Source: Phoronis australis (Eukaryota; Animalia; Phoronida). From it: 64,000 nucleotides of DNA. Of this stretch, positions 1-12,930 are shown one piece after another (the stretch's first letter is position 1; every line of letters starts with the position of its first letter). The notes beneath the pieces were generated by a model that did no database searches, had not been told where the DNA came from, and saw only the letters and a list, made by a program, of their open reading frames with translations. The position numbers and the translations under genes were made by a program. Location: contig NMRA01000106.1 in NCBI GenBank assembly GCA_002633005.1, positions 229,655 to 293,654 of the forward strand, read 5' to 3'.

Positions 1-1
1 A

Positions 2-461
<460 letters not shown>

Positions 462-3400
462 GCTTGTAAGAAGCGGAAAAGAAAATGTATGGTGGATTTT
501 TAGAACATATGCCACGCGAAAACGTTTTTAGACTGAGTACCGGCGCGACCCGCACTGGTTGGAACTGCAGTTATAGTCGGTAAGTTTGTTTATTTTAAAG
601 CAGCTTTTAAATGAATACTTATTGGAAACTCAAAGTCTGAATTGCAAATGATAACGAATTTTATTTACCCACACAATATTAGCGTTTGTACCGATTAACA
701 ATTTAGCCAATTTTCTTCGGAGCCCTAGTACTGAGGACTCAAAAGTGTAGTTCTTGAGTCGGCTGATGGTTTCGGTGGCCAGTTGGTAAGTGGCTTATTT
801 AATTTTTGGCAGATAAATACTGAGGAAATGCAGTTTTAAGTTACACAAATCACTACAATTACCGATACTTACAAAATATTGCCTGTGTACTCTAGTTATA
901 GACCCCCTACCGGCGAAATTTGAAAAACCCGGCGTTCTGCTTCATTTCAGTGTTCCCAACAGCTTATGGATAATTCTTGTCGGCTGACTCAATTGGTCAC
1001 AGTTATAATATCAGGTACTTACCAATGCCTGGCTTCTTTTGTTTGGGCGATTCGGGAACAGATCGAGGAGTATCAGCATGCTCCACTCAGGCCTGCGGAT
1101 AACACCCCGGCTGCGGTGCAGTAGTGCAGTTGGTGACAACAAGCGCATGCGCCGATAATCAGCCAAAGCTGTGACCTAAGCTAGTTTTATAATAAAAAAA
1201 ACAGTGACTGAGGTGAGATACAAGGTGGCATATACAGAAAGAGAAACGGCCGGCCATGAAACGAATCTTACGTTGACCCTTTCGCCCTCAAGTTGCCGGC
1301 ATGGGCAACTCGACCGCGGTCAGTTGCGTACACTGTACATCTGAACCTCTACCCGGTATTCAGCAACGGCACCATGCTGTTGTAGTTCATTACATCGCCT
1401 CAGGCTGCTGATGTATTCGCCAGTTGCCAGTTCTCTAGATAATTAGACCCATCAGAATTGAAGATCGTGACTGAAAACTTGTTCACTTGATTAGGTTTTT
1501 TGAGTTTTGAAAATATAGGACAAGAAGCTCAGACTTTTAGTTTACAGCCTAAAAAGTTTGTAAAATGTAGCCATGTTTCTCATTAATTTTCCTAGGTGTG
1601 TAACATAATTGGCCCAATTACCAAACCCCCAAGCACCAGTTGGATTTTGAGTAAAGCTCAACGTCATCTAATTCTTGGCACATGCAATCTCCCAATTTAG
1701 TGAATGACACTCTAATGAGGTGGGTGACCACGAATTGACAAATTCTTCTACGGCATACCAAAATATCAATAAATATATTCAAAAACTAGAACAAAATTGC
1801 CCCGTCTCGATGATGGGTTAAGTTTACGTGCGAAAATCCACCGTAAACAGCGAAGTACATCCCTGCTACTAATACCTAGGAGTAAACTCGTTTCAGTTGT
1901 TCTTTGGGGACTCGCGGGAACGTCATGCATGTATTGAAGTGTTCATACTGCTAGCAACAGCTCTCACCCGTTGTCCGTAATTTAACAGAGATGGAAGACC
2001 CCTGGACTTTTCAGTTGAAACACTTTTCCAACATATACGACAAAGCTAAAAGCGCTCAAAGTGACGAAAAGACACAAGTGTGAGGTGCGGGTTTTTCTCC
2101 ATAAATTGAAAACATGTTGAAAATGACCCTGAATCTCAGAGTAAAACGTTATGCCCCTTTGTTAAGTCAGCTAAGTTATATATAACGGGCCAATCAATAC
2201 ACACACTCAATTATCGAGCGCATCGTGGGCCCATCTCAGTGGCATTTTATCATTGTCAAGTAAGGCACTCTGGGATTTACACATCCCAGTACTGGGTGTA
2301 GTGAACTTCGAACGATAGTTGTCGAATGCTCAACACTGGTACACTACAATGTTTCGACCGGGATATCCGAATTTGGCTGCCATCAGTGAGCGCCAAGTGA
2401 AAAAAAATAATCTTTTCCATTCATGTTATGAAGTGTTCAACGAAAGAGAATGGATTACTGCATGACCTTGGGCACTAAACTCGTTGGCGGCTCATTGTAA
2501 TACACTGTAATAGAGATTTTGCTACTTTTTCAAGTTCTTGGAAATTTTGTCCCTTAGAGCCAAAATCTGACATTTCATTTTGAAAATTAACCAGACAAAA
2601 TTCGCCATTGGAAGAGGGAGTTAATTTTCAAAAAAATAAGACTGAACACGCCTTGTTCCCACCAGCATTGGCGGTGCGTCAATGTCCCAGTGGTCGCAGT
2701 GCCATGCCGCTGTGGTATACACCATCTAATGGGAGAGTACAGCTAAGTAGAAAATGAAAGTGTCATTAACATAACATAAACCTTTTATTTATCCAATGAC
2801 TTTAAAATGGAGATGTTCCAAATTCAAACTATTTTTCATGTCAAATAAAAACATAAATATACAAAACACAGTTTGTACATGATATTTTGATAAATGGTTT
2901 GCCTTCAGGTGATTGGGGTTTTGTGACTCACTTCAAAATCTTGGTCATTTCCTAGCTACTGATTATCAACACAACAGCGACGTATCTAGGATGTGACAAT
3001 GACGGGCCACTGAAATTCTGCCCCCCTCCCTTTTCAGAATAAATGAATAAATGGTCACTGGTGATAACGCATGAGATGGGCATGAGCTGTCTTAAACATC
3101 TCTTGTGCTGATTTTTATTGCCTATCTTACAAGAAATTATCATTTTTTATTTTACTTAAAGTGTATTCTCTGTTTGTTACTTGTAATTGTATGCGTCAAA
3201 ATAAATGACCTTATATCGCCTACCTCGGTCTCCTTTTCATCTCTGGTAACTAACTTCTGAGGCAAATATCATTATTCAGAACATTCGATCATAAATGGTA
3301 TTTCACTTAGTCGATATTTACGTGAGCATATGGACCCGTGTTACTCCTTCCCTCACATTTCGACTAGTCCATTAGTTCCTAAGCGCTGGACTAGGCCTAC

Positions 3401-3599
3401 ACACTCGCTGGTCCCCTACGTGCCTAGTCAGCACGCAGGACGCAGTGGCATGCGCTTTACCATGGTTGATGCAACCTCAGCAGTCATTGGTTAGCTTTAC
3501 AACACCGTGAAAAAATGGCGGACTGTGAACTATTTTTAGCCTTGTCATGCACGTGGCGTTTTTCATAATGTTTATTACGAAATCTTCGATACAATGAAT

Positions 3600-3990
3600 A
3601 TACATAACCCAGAAAGCGCCAAGAGGCATTATATCTGGGTTAAAAAAGTACAAAGAAATCTATATACAATTATTTTACACAAATACATAAAAAGAAATCT
3701 GTATGCAATTATTTTACACAAATACATAAATTAAAAAAAACTGTTGTGAAGATTACAATGACATATGATTACGAAAGTAAACAAATCATTTTCATACACA
3801 TTTATACAATTCTATCCACTCACACAAAGAGATTTAGTATTATAAAGAAAGTTTGATACTATTTCGAATAAAACCTTATTTTCATTTGGGTTAAGTTCTT
3901 GACTTCCATATAGAAAAAAATAATTTTGTTGTACAAAGTGGCGTCGCAGCAACTATTTCGTTTCTGCAGTGATGTTTAATAGCCGCGTGC
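3600..3990 (-). mobile_element. Degenerate 3' end of a CR1/L2-like LINE
   Basis: The minus strand reads ...FLYGSQELNPNENKVLFEIVSNFLYNTKSL, which resembles the LLxG...N..IF..V..FI..TKRF C-terminus of CR1/L2-type ORF2. It is followed by a 39-bp direct duplication (about 3652-3730) and a stem-loop AACCCAGA...TCTGGGTT (about 3606-3641). Confidence 0.45.
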
Positions 3991-5557
3991 TTGAAGCACA
4001 CCCCTACATGTACAAGAAAAATCTGGCCGATTTAACCGGTGTGTTATTCATACTGTATGAATACAGGACAGTATCGTAAACAAAAGTTATCGAAAGTAGA
4101 AAGATGCATTCCGAAAAGGCGCAACTACAATTTCCAGGATTCACATTTCCTGAACACAAATTTTAAGCACCGATTTGTCTGCACAACAGACCCTCATTTA
4201 CACTTCAGTCCATCAGTCATGCCAGCATACACTGTATGATGCCAGATTGTTTGTGTAAAGTGCTACCTGTTGAGAATTCGACTAGCCAATCAGAAACGCC
4301 GGTGTAAAAAAATACTCGAGGAAAATTAAGTGATACTTGCCTGCTGGCTACCGCCCCACCTAGCGGCACGCAGGGAACCAGCGAGGGACTACACATCGCT
4401 TTCCCAGCCTTCTTATTGGACTATTGTTATCACGTGCCTTGAGTTTGGTCAGCTTTTGGCTCTCATAAAAGTAGTTCTACCAGGTTTCAGTAACCCTTTG
4501 AAGCCTGGGAGATAATTGGCCAGCTTGTTGTCATACGGGACAAAAGACTGAGCTGGGCAGTTAACAAAGGAGCCAGATGTTATCGCACGTTCAGAACCCC
4601 TCATGTCTGGTAAAGTTGTTGAACGACAGAACGCCGTCATGCCAATGACCCCATCAGAAGTTCATTCATCCTTGTCGGTAGCGTCCTTCTGAACTTTCAA
4701 CATCAATGTGAAATAAGAGGTAAGTAACAGTTGTTCTACAATTTCTTAGGGTCTATCATTTGTGCTGCAGTCCTAGGTGTTTGAATCTCGTCAATTCCAC
4801 GAATAGGCCAATCCTTCATTGTTTTTTTTTATGATTTACTGTTTTGCGCTGAATAATCGGTCGCACAACGCTACTGAAAAAGTGTGACCTAGTCAGTCCA
4901 GACAGTATGTCTAGTCACTATTTACAGACACGCCACAGAAGGTAATTAGTTACCTCTTGGATCACAAGTTTGTCTAAACTTTGCAAGTGAAAAACTTTAC
5001 TTATGGTGGTTGCAAGGACTAAATAACCAAAATACAGTACTCGATACAATAACGAACACAAAAAAGTCGGGTGATGAAAGAAGTCGGCAGTGTATATGCG
5101 GATACATCAAATGTCTTATTCCCCACGCCATTTTATCAATAGTACCTCTCAAGAACTGGATGGTGTCGTTTCCAGTAACATCTTTCTTTTCTTTTGAAAA
5201 GCATTGGCTCACGAGCTGCATTTTCAGTGGTTTCATTCACATCATTTTGCCCACGAGAAAAAGTTGCTGTTGGACATTGCCCGTTGAGGCTGGGACCAAG
5301 GAAGACTCCCAAAACCGCACCAGTGCAAGAATCTCGCGAGGAAAACAAATGTGGTCATGTGATGGTAATGCATGGCTGCGATACTTCACAAGGTCCTTCG
5401 TGCAATATTGGAGCGTGCATACAGAGAACGATGCGAGCACATGACAGATTACGCTACAGTTGGGCTAGAAAGGTAATCTTTTGATGCTACCAACTTTTAC
5501 CCAAAGCGTAGATAATGACGTTGGATAGAGAAACAAACTCTTTAACATATTTTGCAG

Positions 5558-8500
5558 ATGGCTGAAAGTGACACAACTAATGTGGAAGTGGCTTCCGGAA
5601 CAGTGACAGCAACGAATGCAAGCTTTGTCACTACAGAGTTTTTGGAAGATACCTTCCAGAAAGCTGAGAACAACACCAATATATTCGTGAGTGATTTTTC
5701 TGTGGAACCGGCTTGCGGAGAAGGTAAGAAAGCACCGGACACCCATGGCTTACTAGTGTCGTTACCAGAAGTATCACGGCGGCTGCATTGAGGCGCATAA
5801 GTCGGCATTTATTGCTCTTATCAAAATCGTACCGGGAGTTTCCCACTAGAAAACATGCCCACCCAAAAGTACGCTGATGAACGTATTTTAATAAAATTTT
5901 CTAAAAATACCCCATTGACGTATTTTCGTTAACTGTTTGCATGTCTTGAAATCTGATGGATTGTTTTAAAATTATTTAATATGTTTTGACATTCAAGTTT
6001 GTTTCTTGGCAAGACAATATATTTTGGGATCACGATTTCACTCAAATAACTATCGTTTAACAAGATATTGGGCGACAGCATGAAGGAAAATAGTAACTCA
6101 CCGGGTTTGCTGACTGCGAACTATGGAGGAATAAAAATCTTCCTAGTGAAGTGCAACTACGTTAAAACGTTTGGTTTACCACCCGAAAGTAGCTTTGCAA
6201 TTGACGTTGGTTTAAATAAACAGCTCAGAAAATGTTGGTTGCATACGTTAAAGAACTTTTTGAATTGAATCTTTATCAGTGCCAACAGCCCTTGTAATTT
6301 AAGAACTATCCACATTTAGAGAAGGGCTTAAAAACAATGTCAAGTTGTTAATAATTAACGATAATTGTTTGCTTTAAAACTGCATCATGGAATTTTTGAA
6401 ACAGTTTCCGAAAATATACCACCATTTCCAAAACTAAGCCCGGGCGTATACTCAGTTTCATTTAACATTTGAGGAAGCTCTTTTTCTGAATATTCGGTCG
6501 CCTATTCGTCGTATGTTGCGAACTGAAGGTGACTAAACTACACGTCTAAACGCCGGTGTCGGACGCAAAAACACGACTCACGTACCTGCAGACACTGTTC
6601 ACTGACTCCAATACACCGGAATCACAAAACACGACTCATTCACCCCAAAAACACGTTCACAGACCCAGGTTCACTTACCAAACACGGTTCACTCCGATAA
6701 GCATGCCGAATACACAGACCCACCTGCTTCCCAGGTAAGTAGCGCGAAATAGTGATTATTACTACGCAGAAAGGGAATTGATCAACCTCTATTTGGCAAC
6801 ATCTTTGCCTAAATGTGGTTTTAGTGCAAAAGTACAATTTGAGCTAACTTTCACAAGGGAAACATGTTTCGAGTCATGCTATAATCCATTTCGATGTTCG
6901 TTTTCCTGCGCATAATAGTAAACAGGCCACAAACATCAGCATGGTGAACGTTGATCTGACATCACTATCGGAGTCCTTTAAGCAGGAATTATAATCTATT
7001 TTGCAAAAAGATTTCGGACGCCAATAAATTGTAGAACAAATAAGCATTTTAAATAATGTTTGTTGTTTCCAATTCTCAACAATTACTCACACTACTTGAC
7101 AGCTGTCGAAGCCGATTTTTACATTTTATCCGTAAATTATGTTCAATTGAGTCCGACTGATCCCATGTATTTGAGTCATTTAACAGTGTTTGCAGGTACG
7201 TCAGTCGTGTTTTTGCATCTACTGGGCACTGTGTTTTGCAGTCCGTTAGTCGTGTATGGGTACCTTCGGTAGCTGTTTCGTTTAAAAATCACGCGCAGCG
7301 TTGGGTTTCCTGCCACGTTCCTGTATATAGCATGTTCTTCACTGATATTATCTATTACGGGGTCATCCGGAACACCTAGTCGGGTATTCGAGCCGGCTAC
7401 GAAAATACCCGAGGTGATCCGGATGATGATGGTTTGTATTACATTTGACAGGTACTGTAGCAATCACAGAATAATTTTGCTAATTTGAGCTCATTTTGGA
7501 GACAATAAAAAGGCAGACCTATACATGCTAAGTTCGGGTCCCAGTAAAATTTCCTCTGGCAGCATTTCTTTAACTATGTTTTACGTTTTTCAAATCTGTG
7601 TAATATCCACACGCTCAGTGATTTTAAAGTTTCTTCTTTCAGGTGAAAACTATGCTACAGAAGTCGTGCGCGTCCGTGTCAAAATCAACAATGGTGCGGA
7701 AACTCAAAACCGCAGCATTGTTCTGAAACTTCCATACAACGGCGAGGAAATAAAAGCTATGTTTATAAAAAGCGGTATATTTAAAAAAGAAATGATGTTC
7801 TATAGAGATGTCATTCCTACTCTTACGAAAGTTCAGCGTGACCTCAACGTCGAACCCCTACCTCTGGCCGCACCCCGGTTCTATAGCGGTTTATCAGACG
7901 AAGAGAAAATGATTGCTTATATTGCTGTTGAAGATCTAGAAGGATACAGAATGGCAGATGTTAGGAAAGGTCTAGATGTGCATCACTGTAAGTTGATAGT
8001 GAAAGAGTTGGCAAGACTGCACGCTTTATCGTTGGTGCTGAAGAACAAAGATCCCGTTTTGTTCAGGCAGTATTGCGATACTATTTTTCAAGAGTCGCAT
8101 TTCTCGCTGAGTCTCCGCCCTGTTATTGCTCCAATGTTTAGCGACGGGTGTAAAAGATCTGTTGGCTGGCTTTGCGATGGTTCAGACGGCGAAGAGTTCG
8201 AGTCAAAGGTACAATCTCTTCTTAGCGGAGATCCAGTTGAAACTATCCTGGAATGTGTCAAACCATCCGAACCGTTTGCCGTCTTTTGTCACGGGGACGC
8301 GTGGGCCAATAATGCGATGTTCAAATACAAAGAAGACGATGCCAACACGCCAGTTGCTGTCAAATTCGTTGACTTCCAAATGGTACGCTACGCCTTGCCA
8401 GTGTCTGACTTGAGTTACTTCCTGTTCATGAGCACCTCTCGGAGCATGCGCAAAGCTCACCTCCAAGAAATACTGAAGGTTTACGTTTCTGCGTTCAACA

Positions 8501-8787
8501 ACGTCCTACATCACTGCAAATTTAGCTTCCCCGAGTTCACGTACGATGCAGTTTTGGAGATGTTTAAGCAAACAGCAATGTACGGCTTCCTGTGTTCCTG
8601 TGCTTCTTTGCCGCCAATTTTTGGAAGAGTGGCAGCCGATAAAAGTGAAAACCTGAAGAAAATAGAAGACGCTCTTGACTTAATAGAAACGATGTATAGC
8701 AACATGTCGTCTAATGCAGCGGTAATGGAGGCTCTCAAGAAGCGTCTGCATGGAAACGTTGAAGAAGTCATTAATCTGGGGTTGTAA
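5558..8787 (+). CDS. Ecdysteroid kinase-like (EcKL / CHK kinase-like) protein, 2 coding exons, about 436 aa
   Basis: Exon 5558-5723 (MAESDTT...FVTTEFLEDTF...VSDFSVEPACGE, then G|gtaag) splices in phase 1 to 7643-8787 (ttcttctttcag|GTGAAAAC, giving GENYATEVVRVRV). Kinase-fold motifs: IVLKLP, F..E..FY, AVEDL, LARLHA, CHGDAWANNAMF, VDFQ...Y..P..DLSYFL. Confidence 0.9.
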
Positions 8788-10011
8788 ACAATTGTGAGAG
8801 GGGTAAATGTCTTTTTCGTGACCCTGCAACGACATTTTTGCCGTGCGTGAAAGTGGAACTGACGTTCTTCATATCCGTAACTTATTAGAGGTCACGTGAA
8901 ATCAATGTGATTGTCCGGAACCGTGAAATTGATCGGTATCCGTGAACGAACATTGGGATCGCTGTGGCAGGGAGAATTGGAGAAGAATAGGTGGAGTCTG
9001 GCGAATAATTGGTGTTGATCGGCCAAAGACCAGGTGACGCCTTGGATGGAGAATCTCTCATGATCCGTTAAATTCGAAGAATTGCAGTCGTGCGAATCGC
9101 GAAATTGCGCGAATCAAGTCCTCACTAGTTACATATTGTCGTCTTACTCACACTACACATCCTTCATGTATCTCAGTTGCTTTGAGTAAAATAAATATAT
9201 GACATCCATCGTCACACTCCCGAACCCGGCGCATTTAGTTTGAGAATGGATGGTGATCAGAGGATCCGAAAAAATTCATAAGCACGTTCTTTTTGGGCTT
9301 GGCTATTCAGAATACACAGGGCGTAATAAAAATATCTTCTCAGCCAGGGCCGTAAACCCTGGAACTAAGACTAAGAGCAGGGCTCACAAAGAACTGCTTT
9401 CACTGATATTACTTGACAATTTCAAAAGGCTAGTTGTGTGAGAACAACACCGGTCCCATGATTTACAACCACTGTGTGGACTAGTGACCCCCTCCAAACC
9501 CAGCAAAATGCAATTTTCGCCTAAGCGAAGAAGAACCTACCCATTTAAGTTTACCTACTGGATGAAATTATTTAGTGATTTGAAGTCAACGACTAGCTTA
9601 CATTCAACCTGTATTAGCATGTCAGAGTCTGGCGAACAGATCTGACCACTGGTTCTTCATTCAGTGGTAATCGGCGTATTTATAATAGCTGAACAATAAA
9701 CGCCTTTGAAACCTTAATTGCAGTATCTTTAGTAATAATCCAGATGAACACGTGCCGGGCTTTGATTACCCTTATACCTGCTCGCTGCTCACTGGAGCAC
9801 GACACTTTTGAGTTTACAGTACAACAGGGCTTTTGTTTTCGTATCTCATCAAAGTTATCCAAAAACGGAACATTGACCAGCAATTGAATTAAGATTTACA
9901 GCAGAAATTTCACTGAAAATGAGAGAAAAAACTGACAATTTTTAAATGTTGAAATACATATTCTGGGTTCCAGCTTCCACTGCTTTGTCTGACTGAGAAG
10001 ATATAGTCCAG

Positions 10012-10237
10012 GGGGCCGTTCTAAGAAAACTGACTTAGCTAAGACAACTCTTAATAAGCTTAAGTTAATTTTACGACCACTCTTAAATTTGTCCTAAGGT
10101 ACCACCAAGAAAGGGATCTTAAGTTTGAATTGAGTTTTTGTCTTTAGTTTGATTAACTTACAGGTTGTGGAAGTTTCAAATCCTAGACTGATTTAAAAGT
10201 CAAAAATGAGGTTAAGTCAGTTTCTTGGAACGGGCCC
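10012..10237. mobile_element. MITE, about 225 bp, imperfect ~26-bp TIRs (PIF/Harbinger-like ends)
   Basis: Left end GGGCCGTTCTAAGAAAACTGACTTAGC versus the reverse complement of the right end GGCCCGTTCCAAGAAACTGACTTAAC. AT-rich, non-coding interior. Confidence 0.65.
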
Positions 10238-11100
10238 GTGATTTAGTAGGCTAAGCGCAAATATTGTCGAAGTTTTAAAGTTTGATACCTCTGTAAATAC
10301 TGTAGGACTACGCGTTGAATAAGCAGCAGTACGCGTTGAGGAATCAATTTTGCGCGCTGAACAAGAACAGAAGGTACATGTATTCGTGTAAGAATCATCT
10401 CAACGCGTTGAATAGCTAATACTAAGCATTGGCTAAGTTAAAGGGCGCGTTCAATATGCACATTTCAACGCACGGAAAGGTAAACCCTTTGGCGCATCAT
10501 AGTCACGATGATATCACACTACCATACTAGAGCTTACAAGACATCTCGGGATGCCCGTGCACAAAACTTGAGACAAAACTATTTTCTAATTAACTCTATT
10601 TCCCTCTCACGGATGCACATCCCCACTCGGATTAAAATTGAATGCGATTCCGGAGCTTCGAAAACATTCTGACAATTCGTCATTGGTTGATACCTGGCTT
10701 CACAAGTCCGATTGTCACGACATTTAATTTTATGTGCCTTGTATGTTTTCAATGAATAAATAATTGTCAGTTCCTTGCTTTTTAAAATCCAGAAACCACT
10801 TCTCATCAGAGTATGCCAAAACGAATTATGTAACGGCAAAACGTGATCAATATTAAACGTTCTTGAATGGACGTGGGGATGTATCCACTTTAGTTTAATG
10901 AAACATTTGATAGTGATTTGTTGACATTGTGGGAAAATGATGATAATACGTTAAAAATAACAACAGTAGTAATTCTACTGTTGCATACTTCTTCAAAACA
11001 CTGTTCTTGAAAGCTGCTCTAAACTACTGTCCCTTAGTGGTGACGACTCGACGGTCGCGAGATAAGTGTTAGTTGCACGCGAAGCTCAATCTCTCGACGT

Positions 11101-11136
11101 ATTACCATGGTAACGTTGACTAACTCATCTATAAAA
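11101..11136 (+). promoter_or_regulatory. Candidate GPCR core promoter: RFX X-box-like palindrome plus TATA box
   Basis: ATTACCATGGTAAC at 11101-11114 (13/14 match to GTTACCATGGTAAC) and TATAAAA at 11130-11136, about 90-125 bp upstream of the ATG at 11225. Confidence 0.35.
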
Positions 11137-11224
11137 TCCAGTCACTTCTAAGTTTCTTCCAGAAAAAGCAATTGATTGTCTCTCGGCTGTACCTCAAAGA
11201 CTTCAGTATTTAAAAGAACGCGCA

Positions 11225-12208
11225 ATGGATTTAGGGGTGATCACAAACCACAGTGTCAGCAATACAACTGGCCTTTTGATGCATCAGAATGACATGTCCG
11301 ATGCAGTGTTATGCATTTTCTTCTTGACTGAACTTGGAGTTGGTTTGCTAACGTGTGCAGGGAACGGTGTAGTATGCTATCTGTTCTTGAAACACCGCGA
11401 AATTCGTGATGAGAATATTAGCATATTTGTGTTTGGATTGGCTCAAAACGACTTTATGACGGGGCTTTCCCATGTAGCTTTGCTTCACTGGTGTAGGAGA
11501 TACCTTCTCATTCTTCACGGAACGTCACTGCCAACAGAAGAATTGTTAAGCACTAACGTCTGTATTGTGACAATGTTTTTTACTCTGTACCCGTTCACTG
11601 CCACAAATTGCCTTTTGGCTATTCTTGCGATAAATCGGTTCGTGTCCATAAAGTTCCCACTGCGCCTGGAAGTGCTTATGACGCGAAAGATTGTCATAAG
11701 AATGGTTGTTGGTGTTCTGCTGTATTCCCAGACGGCAACTGGAATTCTCCTGGGCGCAGCATCTGCAGAAAATTTGGGTATAAAGGTGTGTGCACCAGAG
11801 ACAATAATACCCAGCTCAGTGGCGAGAAACATATATACAGCCCTGTGCTTATATATACCCATGGCGATAACGGTAATTTTGCATACGTACGTCGGTATTC
11901 AAGCTTATAAACAGCGCTTAAAAATCGCTGGATTTGGAGGACCACAACTGCGGCAAAAGCAGGAATTCAAAATCACGAAAGCAATGCTACAGTTTGTTGT
12001 ATTCTTCATGCTCTGTAGTTTACCAATAGCTTTTCTGAAGACCATTGCACCCATTCCGTCAGCCGACGAAGATCTTAAGTTAACAGTCCTGCGGTATATC
12101 GCTGCTATTATTTTATTTTCAAACTCCATGTTGAACCCTATGCTTTACGCTTCAAAAGTGGACGTATTTCAAAAGCCTTTCTCTAAGCTGTTTAAGCGGG
12201 AATGTTGA
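11225..12208 (+). CDS. Intronless class A (rhodopsin-like) GPCR, adenosine-receptor-like orphan, 327 aa
   Basis: Seven hydrophobic segments and N-terminal N-glycosylation sites (NHS, NTT). TM1 GNGVV, TM2 LAQND, TM3 C...AINRFVSIKFPLR (DRY variant), TM5 YIP, TM6 FMLCSLP, TM7 NSMLNPMLY (NPxxY), helix 8 FQKPF. Confidence 0.9.
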   Translation: MDLGVITNHSVSNTTGLLMHQNDMSDAVLCIFFLTELGVGLLTCAGNGVVCYLFLKHREIRDENISIFVFGLAQNDFMTGLSHVALLHWCRRYLLILHGTSLPTEELLSTNVCIVTMFFTLYPFTATNCLLAILAINRFVSIKFPLRLEVLMTRKIVIRMVVGVLLYSQTATGILLGAASAENLGIKVCAPETIIPSSVARNIYTALCLYIPMAITVILHTYVGIQAYKQRLKIAGFGGPQLRQKQEFKITKAMLQFVVFFMLCSLPIAFLKTIAPIPSADEDLKLTVLRYIAAIILFSNSMLNPMLYASKVDVFQKPFSKLFKREC

Positions 12209-12491
12209 CGAGTTTTGTGTTACGACATCAACACTGTGTTTACTAATTTTACCCCTGTCGCTCTTTGACCTGTCTCCAGACAGTTCACTATCACAATCCA
12301 TAGTACTTCGGAGCCGACGGCGAATGAAGGAGAAATTTTAATTTTCTTTATCAGTAAAGTTATTTAAATCAATAAGTTTGACAATGGTATAAGAATATAA
12401 GCAATCAAAATATATTGCCGATTTACCCAGTTCGAAACACTCAATTAACTCAGTACGTGCAAAGAACTCCTCCTTGCCAGCAAACTCTTTA

Positions 12492-12930
12492 CCGTATTGC
12501 CACGCTTTTATGCCCATGGGCCTATATCCGAAATAATAACTTTCTTCGTGGCCTTATTTACCCAAATGGTTTGCATATTGGCGCATGCGCCTAAGTTTTG
12601 CATATAAGTCCAGGCATTGTCCCATGCAAAGGCCCATACAAGTCGAAACAAGATGCACCCGTTTTGACTACCGTTGTGCCTTCCAATGGCAATTGTTTAC
12701 GTTTGCCTTTATATCTTTGGAGTTCCTTGGCGCAATTTCAAGAAATTTGGTACATAATTTTATATTACCGTACTTCCCCACCTTTAGACACATGGGCCTA
12801 TATCTGAAATAATGTATTTTTGGGAACCTTTTTTACTCAAGTGGTTCGCTTATTGGCGCATGCGACTAAGTTTCGCATACGAGGGCAGTACCGCACAGAC
12901 ACCCATGGGCCTAATAGTGCGCCAATACGG
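12492..12930. mobile_element. Tc1/mariner (pogo-like) MITE with TA target-site duplication
   Basis: TA|CCGTATTGCCACGCTTTTATGCCCATGGG ... CCCATGGGCCTAATAGTGCGCCAATACGG|TA. An internal ~90-bp imperfect direct repeat carries GCGCATGCG motifs. Confidence 0.75.

Noticed and set aside
2341-2390. Minus-strand CACTGATGG...GGTCGAAACATTGTAGTG resembling a minimal Penelope-type hammerhead ribozyme
   Set aside because: The core is CUGAUGG rather than CUGANGA and stem II pairs poorly; at best a dead remnant.
4997-5484. Overlapping ORFs, including two contiguous minus-strand ORFs separated by one TGA (possible selenocysteine or readthrough)
   Set aside because: No recognisable protein family, redox motif or SECIS element; consistent with chance open frames.
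7525-7642. ORF-track N-terminus (MLSSGPSK...) of the kinase-like ORF
   Set aside because: Intronic. A strong acceptor at 7641-7642 and an in-phase upstream exon (5558-5723) give a family-typical N-terminus.
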